A DNA stretch of 47,513 nucleotides, the filler included, from Jimgerdemannia flammicorona (Eukaryota): NCBI GenBank assembly GCA_003990765.1. It is 2 parts of 2 records of this genome, joined end to end, with 100 filler letters (N's around TTAATTAATTAA, not from the genome) between each part and the next. Parts side by side here need not be neighbours in the genome. Positions count along the whole stretch, not along the records: positions 1 to 23,708 come from RBNJ01001074.1; 1 more part is not named here. One strand, written 5' to 3'. The position numbers and the translations under genes were made by a program. Below, one piece after another: positions 12,500 to 23,808 of the stretch; the stretch's first letter is position 1; every line of letters begins with the position of its first letter. The notes under the pieces are model-generated. The model had not been told where the DNA came from, made no database searches, and saw only the letters and a list, made by a program, of their open reading frames with translations.

Positions 12500-15100
12500 T
12501 TAGCAACCTGAGCCCCACCAAGACTTCAGATACATATATGCCCGGATTGTCTCAGTATTCAGCATACACCTCTTTGGGGCAACGAGGTCCACCCTACCTG
12601 AGAACACCTGCTTGATGGGAGCGCTAGAGGCAGAAATTGCCAGGTAGTTCCGAGCTATGCTACATAGGCTGGGGAAGTCTGTTTGATGTAGCTGCACACC
12701 CCGGTGGATAGAGCAGTGGTTAGATTGGTGGGTTAAATTGGCCCAATGCCCACCTGACAATATCCACCTGATAACCCACTACCTGATAACCCACCTTCCA
12801 CCAGTTGAGTACCTCCACACTCTCCAGCAGGATTACACAGTCACTGGTAAGGTAAATAGTAAGTTCATCTATTGATGGTAGCTCTTCCACTAACAGCTCC
12901 CTCTTCCTCTTTCTGCTGAAGTAAATGTGAGACAGGAGGGATCCCTCAGCATATTCATCCAGACTTCAGCCAGAACCTTGTGGCAGTGCATAGTTTTTCC
13001 AGTATACTTCAATTACAGTCTACTTGGTTCTCTCAATGAAGTGCTGCTCCCAGCCCTAATCTTTATGATATTGTAGCTTTAAGTGTAGGTCCAGCACTTT
13101 TCGAAGAAGAGGAAAGAGTGAGCTTTTGCAGGGATTTCTCTGTTTTGGAAGAGGTAATGGCCACACACCAACATTGACATACCTGTACTGATTGAATATA
13201 TAGTGGTATCTGTTTGAGAGTAGTACTTTCTGAGCTTGCTAAGAGTAACCTCCACAGTGTCTCTCTGATCTGAGCTCAACCGTAAATCACCACAACCCTC
13301 CAGCCTGTCCTCAAGCTTGTTCTCTAGCCAGTCAATCAGAAGGTTGTATACTGGTATTGCTGAGCTTATTGTCAGGGTCATTTGTTTGACTATATTCTTT
13401 GTACAATTGTTGAAACACTGGCAGTTATATGTGGTGAGGTGTTGTATTGTACAGAGGCTGACAAAATGAGTATAGAGGCTGATAAAATGAGTGTGGAGCC
13501 AGAGCAATCACCACTTCTAAAACTCTGATAACATTCCTAAGTACATCTCACTCACTTTCACCTAGAGCCTTGGCCCATATTTCCTTGTCGGTAGCCACTA
13601 TTGAATCTATTGGCTATTTTTGTTTTTTTTTAAAATAAATCATCTAAAACAAGTTATTTCAGCTGACTGAAGAAAAAAAAGATGTATATCACAGCAAACT
13701 CCAGTGTATGCTGGATCATTACAAATGTTGAGTTTCAACAAATACAGACATCCAATATAAGCTCTTTCAGAGCTAAACTGATTGTCCTATACTGTGCAGT
13801 GAATTTGTCTCATCATTGTGGAGATGATCAGACTGATACAACCAGGTTGCACAGCTTGGAAATTATACTCAGAGCCCCTCCTCTCTCAGATGTTTTGTCT
13901 ATGTGTGTAAGATAGTCCTAAACAGCGAGGTTCAGTATGTAGGTCTGGCATCACATATGACAGCTTTCTACACCAAAGGCCATATTTTCCTGTTTGAGGC
14001 TGGCTGCTAAAACTTTGAAAAATATTGAGTTGTTTGTAGTATTGTTCGTTGTAATGGCCAAAATCTGTACTTGAAATATTCAGTTGGCAAATTTATGTGA
14101 AAATAAATAACCAATAAAATCTGATTTGTTTTAGGACCTCTCTCAAAATACTGACCTAATGGCAAGCCCCCCTTTTTTACCTTAGTTGTGATCCCAAGCT
14201 CTTGGATATAACTAATAAAAGCATCTGTAATGTTGTCTCCAGAATGAGGGCTAGCAAGTTTGACAAAATCAAGGGTAAGAGATTTAAGCTGCCAATCGAG
14301 ATCAATCCAATGACCGGTAATGCCCAGAAACGAAATTGCATTGGGGGATGTCCATGTATTGATCATAAATGAAATTTTACCTGCCAAATTCTACTTATTG
14401 AATGTGAGGTTAAATTGGTGAGCTCTTTTATATAATTCAGCTTACAAAGGTCATGGTACTGCTCTTATTTTACCTGAAGTATCTGGCGGAGATTATCATA
14501 CTCCTTCCTATAGGCCTCCAGGACATCTTTGTGAATAGTATTGGCACTTGGCAAATATAAATCATACTTGAGGAGGCCAAAGATGCTATGCAATTGATCA
14601 CTCTTGATGATTATGAATGGTTGGTCTGTGTATACAATCTAGTGAATGAGCTGATTTCGAAATTCTGCCAAAGAGTATAACTAAATATTTTTGATTAAAT
14701 GGCATTGTTGGTACAGAAATGGTCAGGCAATCAGATAAACATACCCACCACAGCTTGTATGTCAATTTTATTTATCTCCATATTCTTTTTGATTTTGTCA
14801 GAGTGCTTGTCTTTTATGTGTTAATTTATATTCCAAGTCATACTCACAAGCATTTTGAACTTCTGACTGATGCAGTTTATGGGGATGGATGAAATAATAT
14901 CATGTGTATATTGAAACAAACAAAAAGTGTCAATAGGTGCATCTTAATTTTTTACCTACAATAATTACAAACAATATCATCTCCTATCTTAGTATAATGT
15001 TGCCAGATTTTGGAGTGAGAATTGTATAGAAGGTGTAGAACTATCAGGGATATTTGACTTGAAGCATCATTGGTACTGTGAACTGTTGAAGACTGATCTG
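12500..15100 (-). pseudogene. hAT transposase (BED finger, DDE core, C-terminal dimerisation domain), intron-containing and mutated
   Basis: SKIWQHYTK...IVCNYC (BED finger, ~14955-15015); KISFMINTWTSPNAISFLGITGHWID...HSGDNI (14180-14380); FPSLCSIARNYLAISASSAPIKQVFS...LKSW (dimerisation domain, 12515-12680). Confidence 0.93.
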
Positions 15101-15214
15101 TCAACATATATGTTTGTATGTTTGCATGTGCATGTGTATACATGTATGTGTATTGTATATACATGTATGTATATTGTATTGTAGACACATCCAATATATG
15201 AGTTATATAGAAGA

Positions 15215-15535
15215 TTTGGATTGGAGGATTCAGTTGAAGGATTCAGATAAGGATTCAGATTGAAGGATTCAAATTAGAGAATTCAATTTGGAGAATTCAA
15301 ATTGGAGGATTCGGATTGAGTGATTTGGATTAGGTGATTTAGATTGAGTGATTCAAATTGAGTGATTCAAATTGAGTGATTTGGATTGAGGTAGTTCAGA
15401 TTGGTGATTCGGATGAGATGATTCAGATGGGGTGATTCATATTAATCCAAGTTGATTTAGATGGCTTCAGATTTGAGATTCAGATCAAACTGTCATATGA
15501 TGAATTGAATCTGGATTTGATTCGAATTGACTTGT
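15215..15535. repeat. hAT right subterminal repeats (ggattcagattg/gtgattcaaattg)
   Basis: About 20 degenerate 14-15 bp units next to the TIR. Confidence 0.8.
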
Positions 15536-15554
15536 TCGGAGCACTACCCAATTA

Positions 15555-18500
15555 TGTGTCTACTATGTTATAACTTAGTATCTATTAACTAGTGATTTAA
15601 AATAAATCTCTCACTTTCAAGCTGAATAATAACCAATTTTTACTATCTAAATAACTATATATCAAACCAAGACATCTAGATAAGATGGATATAAGACTAC
15701 CAGTATTCTATAGATATATTTTAAATAAATCAATTATTATCTTTATTAATAATTTTGAGCAATATACTACTATAAGAACTCTGATAGTAAGGCAGTAAGT
15801 AGCCCTCATATCCTTTAGTCTCTGAGGTCCAGTAAGAGTAGCATTCATAGCTATAACCTATGTGAGAAATAATGATAATGCTGTGCTGATAGCACAGAAG
15901 ACCTGGCTTAGAGTTACTTACTATATAGATAAGATCAAGTAAGCTCTAAAGGATTAGCTCAATATAATATATTAAGGAATGAGTAAGGATTCAAATATAT
16001 TCTATAATAGAATTTGATATCAGATAATTCTTATAAATTATAATATTGTAATCCAAGATTAAATAGCCAAGACAATCTTTATTAAAAGAGTCTACCCAGA
16101 AATAACTATGATTATTTACTCATCACTAATAGTTCTGGATCTGATACAGAAGGTCACCTATGCTTAGTAATACTGGATAGCCAGATATCTATAAGACTAT
16201 ATAATAGAAAGAGTTACTAGAGTTAAAATTGAAGTACTCAAGATAACTAGTGTTATCTCTACCATAGTGATTAATTAAAATATACCTCAACCAAGAGCTA
16301 TTGAATAGTAAAGAAACAGTGTTCCTATGGAGGAACTAGCTAAGAAGTTTACTGAAATAACTGCCCACTTAGGAGATATAATAAAGAAAATCAGAAGAAA
16401 AGATTGCTATTTAGTTCAGAAGTTTTCTGCTATCTCAGACAAGAAGATAGGTATCTGCTATACTTATAGAGAAGAAGATCACTACTTATATAAATGTATA
16501 AGTGAAATCAAGTACAAGATATAGTTAAGCAATACTACTCAGAATAGAGAACAGGCTAACACTATTACCTTTGAAGAAATTGGAGAATCTGATGAAAAAG
16601 AATAGGAGACCTACTCTGTACAGACTACCAAGAAGGATATTTGTAAGAAATTCTACAAGAGATTACTAGAGAGACTCAAGAAGAATTCAGTGGAGAAACA
16701 GATAGAAACTACTATAGAAAGTCAAGCTGAAGAAATAAATCAAGATATAGAGCTTGAGCAAGTAGTATAGAATATTATCTGAGAAACTACTTAAGTTCTA
16801 GCCAATAAAGAAGAAAAAGAAGCTTCATAAAATCAAGATCTTCAAGTATAATATCTTCAAGGACCTTAGCCAATATAACCTTTAACTAGTTAGTAGAAAT
16901 CTCCACATTTAGATAGAAAATGAGATATAGACTCACTAAGACAACAAAGAAGTAAGGTTAGAAGATATCTGAGATCAATAATGTTTAAGAAGACTTAGGA
17001 GAAAAAAGTAAAGACAATTGCAAGACCTCTGTCTATGCAATCTATCAAATTGAAGATAGAATCTTTGAGGTCATCATTGATACTAGAGTAGAAGGATACT
17101 TCTTTAGCAAGAAAGCAACAGATTGTCTAGGTTGAGAGATTGAAGAAGCAACTAAGTTAGTATTTATCACAGTAGATGATACAAGAACCACACCTTTGAA
17201 AAAGATCCAAGATATTTCTATCAAGTTTAGAGAAGTAACCATCTCAGTAGATATCATTATAATCAATGCAACCAACTATAACATTCTTATCAGTAACTAA
17301 TAGCTTTATAAAGCCAGGATAATAATCAACCTAAATGCCTAAAAGATATAGATTATATATCTATTGAGGACAGAAGATGTGAATTTCCATCAATATCAAT
17401 AAAAATTACTCTCTAAAATGGAGGAAAAAGAAAGTGAGCAAGAAGAGGCCTATATGGTAACTACCTAGAAAAAGAAAAAGAAAGTTGGATAGATCAGTAA
17501 AGAGGACTAATACAAGAGAATCATTGAAAGATATATACTATAAAGAGTCTGCCATCATAGAATTAAGATATACTATATAGAGCATATCAATAATTGCTAT
17601 CAATGTACCAGTATAATCAAAATATCTACTATAAAAGAAAATAGAAGACTCTTAAGAAATAAGTAAGAGAAGATAAGGAGGAGGAAAAAGATAATAAACT
17701 ACTAGCCTTTCTGAAAGATAGTGATGATAAAGAGAAGATTAAGATCAAGATTTAGAAAATCCACCCTGATATAGTCCTACTAGAATATAAGTCAGAGAAT
17801 ATAGCTTACTATAGTAAAAGAAACTATACTTGAGCCCCAGACAATTACCCTACTTGCAACTGGTCTAGAGATGACTATTCCAAAAGACTATATCAGAATT
17901 CTCAAGACAAGAAGCAGCCTGGTCAAGAGTAAGATTACTATCAAAGGAGGAGTTATTGATTCAGATTATATTAGAGAAATACTACTCATTACTAGAAATC
18001 ACAACTCTATAATTCTATTTCCAATCAAGAAGAAAGACTGACTGGTATAGATATTAATCTTTCTAGTTCTTTAGCCAAAGATCATAAAAGTTAAGAAGTT
18101 GGAAAAAACAGAAAGAGGAAGAAAGAGATTTGGATCTATAAGAAGAGGAGTATTTGCTAGTAGCAAGATCACTAAATTAGACTACAAAAAGAAGAAAACT
18201 ACAAACAAATATAGTTATACTATTGAAAATAAATTCTCACTCAAAAAGAAACTCAAGAAGATACTTTATAAATTTGAGGATATTCTGATTACTAATTTCA
18301 AGGATATTAAAGAAAAGACCCCATACTACTATTATGATATAGATATAAGAGATACTAAACCAATCTACCAAAAAGTAAGATCAATTCTGCCAGCTTATCA
18401 TAAATGGCTCAGAGAAAAAATCAAGCCAAACCTTTCTCCACTACCTTATCAGTTATAATGGTTTGATAGATAACCTTCTAAGTCTACTTTCTATAACTGA

Positions 18501-20050
18501 TACTCTCTTTACCTTAGGTTAGTTTGCTATATCTATTACAGGACAGTGGAGAGGAGGCAATGGTGATAAGTTGCCTCTTTATTGATATCAGATTAGTGTC
18601 TTTTCTACTTTTTTATAATTTCTGATATCTTCAGCTATATCTAGGATATATCTATTTTAGTATAGTACTTTCTTCCTTTTCTATTACCAATAAGATATCA
18701 TCTTGATATATTATGGATTATATAGAGAGTTAGCTGATCTTAGATATTAAGTGTCTAGTATAGATTATCTATAGGTCCTCAGTATCTGTGGTGGAGCTCT
18801 CTGGCTTTGGCAAGCTTCTTGGTAAGTGTAGTTCTGATATAAGTGACTGTTTTTTGGATGATATTAGAATGGAAGAAGAGATGACCATTACAGATAGGAG
18901 GAAGAGTGATAATGGTGGACCAGTAGGATACTAGACTGAGAGCAGTCATCAGAGCTAAGGTAAGTACTGCTTTGGTAGGGCCTTTTGATTGGTATGAGAT
19001 AGTTAGATAATAGGTATCACTCTTGACTACTTTTGATAATTCATAAGGTTGAGTCCCAGTCATTAGGGGTAGCTGTGGAGCCCAAGGCTACTTATGTTAG
19101 GTATCTTGACTATATTTAACTAGAATCAAGAGCTGATATAGCAATATAATTGAGGTCTGCAGACTTGAGTAGTGGAGTATTGGGGGTTTTCTCCTGTCTC
19201 ATGTATAAGTCCTCTACTTATCTTACTTAGGAGAACTAGGCCCTACCTACTGTTCTGTATCTTGAGAAGAGTTGCCTATTATTTCCACTTGAGATAATAG
19301 AGATTATTCTATTTGGCTTGAGTATGGCCTTATATATATGTTGGGGTTTCAGGCATGTACTTTTAGTCATTAGTATATAACTGAGTTCTCCCTGATAGTA
19401 GGGAGAGTATAATGCACAAAATGAGATGTAGATCACTATAGGCCCTGCTGCACTTAATATAGTTGAGTTGCTGGACAATAGCTAGCCTAGATTTAATGGG
19501 GAGAGTAGTGCTCAGTGAGTGGTAGGAGAGGGTTTTGGCCTATATAGTTTAGGTTCTCTTTTAATAAAAATCTATAAGGCTCTAAGTCTGTAAAATAAAA
19601 TAAAAAAAAGAGAAAAAATTAAGCAAATAGAAGAAATCAGTATTATCAAAGAAGCCAGTAGTTCTTGGACTTCACTAGTTACTGGCTCTGAAGAAAGAAA
19701 GCAAATCAGGAGAATTTATCCCAAGACTCTATACTAATTACAAAAAGCTCAACCTGACTATCAAGAAGGATTATCAACTACTGCTCCTTATCAGTAATAT
19801 CCTTATGACTCTGAGAGATGAAGTACAGTATTACAGTATTTTGGATTTATACTCAGAATTCTATCAAATGGCCTTACAGAAGTAATAAGTGAGAAGTTAG
19901 CCTTTATTACTCCAGATAGAATCTATATCTACCTATAAATATTATTTAAAATATATAATATACTAGCAAGCTTTCAGTGAATGATGAACAAAATCTTCTA
20001 CTATAATATAGAAAGATAGATAATAGTTTATGTAGATAATATTATTATTT
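15555..20050 (+). mobile_element. Second Ty3/Gypsy element (gag-protease-dUTPase-RT), interrupted by a retroposon at 18427-19608; its 5' part probably continues at 8520-8993, left of the hAT insertion
   Basis: Zn-knuckle remnant CYTYREEDHYLYKC (~16455-16497); protease FEVIIDTRVEG (~17065-17097); dUTPase LATGLEMTIPKDYIRILKTRSSL...GGVIDSDY...ERGRKRFGS (~17850-18140); RT resumes at 19625, with IVYVDNIIIY at ~20025. Confidence 0.9.
18427..19608 (+). mobile_element. ~1.18-kb poly(A)-tailed non-LTR retroposon with 16-bp TSD
   Basis: TSD agagaaaaaatcaagc (18411-18426) vs agagaaaaaattaagc (19609-19624); AATAAA plus A-rich tail; the insertion splits the Gypsy RT. Confidence 0.88.
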
Positions 20051-20100
20051 ATAGATATTACTTTTGGATTCTTATACTGATGGAGTACCATACTTATTCT

Positions 20101-20612
20101 ATTTTTTTTTTTTTTTTTTTTTTATAGACCTGAAGTTCTGTAGATTTTATTTGAAGAAAATCTAGACTATAGACTGAAATCCTCCCCCACCACCCACCAA
20201 GCACTATACCCTTATTAAATCTAGACTAGCTATTATTCAGTAGCTCAACTATACTAAATATAGTAGGGCAGAATTGCCTACACCTCATTCTACATACTAT
20301 ACTCTTTCTACTACTAGAAAGTAATAAATATATACTTTTAGGTATATGCCTGAACCCCAATGTATATACAATACTATGCTCAAGCTGAATAGTATAGCTT
20401 CTGCTACCCTAAAAAGAGCAATAGATAAAGAAAAAACTCTTCTCAAAGTATAGAATAGTGAGTAGGACCTGGTTCTTCCTAATGAGATGAGTAGAGAACT
20501 TATATATAAGGTAAGAGGAGACCCCCAATATCCCACTACTCAAGCTTGCAGGCTTTAATCATATTGCTATATCAGCTTTTAGTTCTAGTTAAGTATAGCC
20601 AAGATATCTGAT
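20101..20612 (-). mobile_element. Retroposon copy (3' ~0.5 kb with poly(A)), inverted
   Basis: T-run at 20102-20123, followed by the reverse complement of ~19100-19590. Confidence 0.85.
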
Positions 20613-20619
20613 CTATATA

Positions 20620-21860
20620 CCACTCCTTTCTTTGCTACCTTACTGATTACAATGGTTTGATAGGCAATCTTCCAAGTCTACTTTCTACAATTTATACCCC
20701 CTTTACCTTAGATTGGTTTGCTATACCTATTGCAAAATAGTGGGAGAGAGGCAATAGTGATAAGTTGTCCTTTTATTAGTATCAAATTAGTGTCTTCTTT
20801 ACTTTTTCACAGTTTCTGATGCCTTTGGCTACATCTGAAGTATATCTGTTTTAGTGTAGTATCTTCTTTCTTTTGCCATCACTAACAAGGTACTGTCTCA
20901 GTATTACAGGTTATATAGGAAGTCAGCTGACCTTGGGCATCAAGTGTCTAGTATAAGTTACCTATAGATCCTTGGTATCTGTAATAGGGTTCTCTAGCTT
21001 TGATGAGCTTCTCAGCAAGTATAGTTCTAATATAGATGACTGTTTTTTAGGTATTGTCAGGATGGGAGGGGAGATAGCTATTATAGATAGGTGGAAAAGT
21101 GATAATGGTGAACCAGTAGGGTATTAGGCTAGGGATAGTTGTTGGGACTGGGGTGGGTACTACTTTGGTGGGGCCTTTTTATTAGTATGGAGTGATTAGG
21201 TGATAAGTATCACTCTTGACTTCTTTTGGCAATATATAGAGTTAGGTCTCCATCATTAAGGGAGGTCAGGGGGCCCAAGACTACCTATTTCAGATATCTT
21301 AGCTATACTCAACTGAAACCAAGAGCTGATATAGCAATGTGATCAAGATCTATAGACTTGAGTAGTGAGATATTGGGGGTCTCCTCCTATCTCACATGTA
21401 AGTCCTTTACTTATCTCATCTAGGAGAACTAGATCCTATCTACTATAATGTACTTTGATGAGGGTTTTTTCTTTATCTGTCATTCTTCTTGAGGTAGTAT
21501 AAGCTATTCTATTTAGCTTGGATATAGTCTTATATATATATTGAGATTTCAGATATATACTTTTGGTTATTAGTATATGACTGAGTTCACTCTGATAATA
21601 GAGAGAGCATAGTATAGAATGAGGTATAGGTCACTATAGGCCCTACTGCACTTGGTATAGTTAAGCTATTAGATAATAGCTAGCTTAAGTTAATAGAGAA
21701 GTAGTGCTTGATAGGTAGTGGGAGAGAGTTTTGGTCTATATAGTCTAGGTTCTCTTCTAATAAAAATCTATAAAACTCTGAGTTTGTAAAATAAAAAAAA
21801 AATAAAATAAAAAAAAATAAAAAAAAAAAAATAAAATAAAAAAAAATAAAAAAAAAAAAG
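20620..21860 (+). mobile_element. Retroposon copy (~1.2 kb) with long A-rich tail
   Basis: Collinear with 18427-19608; tail at 21788-21859. Confidence 0.88.
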
Positions 21861-21864
21861 ATAT

Positions 21865-22530
21865 CTGATCTAGATAGTCTTAAGTTCTCCAACCACCTCT
21901 AATTACTGAGATTTAACTTTATAAATTACCAAAAGTAGTTGAAAGTAATATCTACTATCTAACTACTCTGTACCAATCAGAAGGCCCCACCAATGCAGTA
22001 TCTACTCTAGCCCTGATGACTGCCCCTAGTCTGGTACTTTACTGGTCTATCATAATCACTCTTCTTCCTATCTATGATGACCATCTCTCCTCCCATCCTA
22101 ACTCTATCTGAAAAGTAGTTATCTATGCCAGAACTATACTCACCAGGAAGCTCACCAAAGCTCAGAGGATCATACTATAGATACTGAAGACCTGCAGATA
22201 ACCTATACTGATATTTGATATCTAAGATCAGCTGACTCTATATATAGCCTATAATACATATACCAGATGATACCTTATTGATAATAATAAAAGAAAAGGT
22301 ACTGCATTAAAATAAGTATACTTCAGATATAGCTAAAGATATCAAAAACTATGAAAAAGTATAGAAGACACCAATTCAATACTAATAAAGAGATAACTCA
22401 ATACTATTATCTCTCTTCCACTATATATTTACAGATATAGTAAATCAACTTGAGATAGAGGAGGTAATAATAGACTCAGAAGATTGCTTACCAAATCTTA
22501 TAACTGATAAGGTAGTAGAGAAAGAAGCTG
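21865..22530 (-). mobile_element. Retroposon copy (5' ~0.65 kb), inverted
   Basis: Reverse complement of ~18430-19110 (e.g. ttataactgataaggtagtagagaaag at ~22500). Confidence 0.82.
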
Positions 22531-22808
22531 TTCCTAGTTATACTTATATTCCAAGTTAATTAAGCTTGGAATTATCAATAAGTCAGATCTAAGAATTCTT
22601 ATAATAAGAATACTACTTTATTCTTGTATTTGAGAAAAGCAGAGCTGAGATTACAATATACTCAGTACAGAGGGATTTATATATTTGAAGGCTATAACTA
22701 AATATGGTATGCTGGGTATGCCCATATATGGTTATACTACTTTGGATAACTATGACTGTTAGTTAGAAATTCTGTAGAAATTTCCATAGGAATTTCCATA
22801 GAAATTTC

Positions 22809-23276
22809 TAGTACTCTGATAATCTTAGTGTTATTTGAAAGCCCTTAATAAGACCTTTCTAATGATACCAAGAACATTAAAATCAGATTACATGTTGCTG
22901 AGCTATTAAGGAAAACATTCTTTTGAAGAAATTTCCAAAATTGGCAAGTTGAATAATTTCCAAAATTGGTAAGTCAGACATTTTCCTTGATAACCCAGCA
23001 ACATATGATCCAGTTTTAATGTTCTTGGTATCATTAGAAAGGCCTTATTAAGGGCTTTCAAATGACACCAAGACCATCAAAATTGGATGATTATTCATAG
23101 AGTTATTGATGTAAACATTTAATTGTCTAATTTGGAAATCAAAACAATAGTTGATTCGAATCGATCCGGATGGGATTCGAATCCCATCGAAGTTGATCCG
23201 GATGGGATTTGAATCCCATCCGAGTTGATCCGGATGGGATTTGAATCTGATCCGGATCAGTTCATTCGGAGCACTA
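22809..23276. mobile_element. 468-bp non-autonomous hAT element (MITE) sharing TIRs with the 6.5-kb hAT
   Basis: Ends tagtactctga and ttcggagcacta; 8-bp flanks gaaatttc and ggaatttc; subterminal gatccggatgggatt repeats; inserted in a ggaatttccata tandem tract. Confidence 0.7.
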
Positions 23277-23708
23277 GGAATTTCCATAGGAATTTCAGTA
23301 TTGGAATTTCCAGTCAAGGATTCGCCGTCGGGGCTGGTGAATATGAGGCTTCAAACATTTGCGAACCATTCCTTTATTTTTGTCGACAAAATCAATTCCT
23401 TTGCTTTTTTTTTTTTGCCGCAGTCAAGTCAGTGTAGCGCAGCGTTACCACACAAGGCGACGGAATCTGCCGCGCAAGACTAAACGAACCTTCCAGACAA
23501 GCTCTCATTTTGTACTCAAACCATCCCATGAAGGACAACTTCACGGCATGGTCATGGGTGTCTTTCTTTTCCGTCCGTATTCCTCGGGCTGAACTCACGT
23601 AGGTATATTTAGCTAGGTTCCCGAAAGGCACGGCTATCGGTTCAAGGGTTATTGACGTTCAAGGTTAACGCCGTTTTTTCTCTTGAACAATAAGCATATG
23701 TCGAGGCT

Positions 23709-23808
23709 NNNNNNNNNNNNNNNNNNNNNNNNNNNNNNNNNNNNNNNNNNNNTTAATTAATTAANNNNNNNNNNNNNNNNNNNNNNNNNNNNNNNNNNNN
23801 NNNNNNNN
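23709..23808. other. Assembly gap / artificial contig linker
   Basis: N44 + TTAATTAATTAA (stops in all six frames) + N44 = 100 bp. Confidence 0.97.

Larger units (their letters stand above)
8994..15546 (-). mobile_element. Full-length ~6.55-kb hAT DNA transposon with a cargo gene
   Basis: TIRs tagtgctctgaa (8994) and ttcggagcacta (ending 15546); 8-bp TSD tccagtta (8986-8993) vs cccaatta (15547-15554), where both mismatches are transitions; subterminal short repeats at both ends; internal hAT transposase. Confidence 0.9.

Noticed and set aside
23753..23764. TTAATTAATTAA palindrome
   Set aside because: Artificial six-frame-stop linker inside an N gap; adjacency of the two halves of the window is not established.
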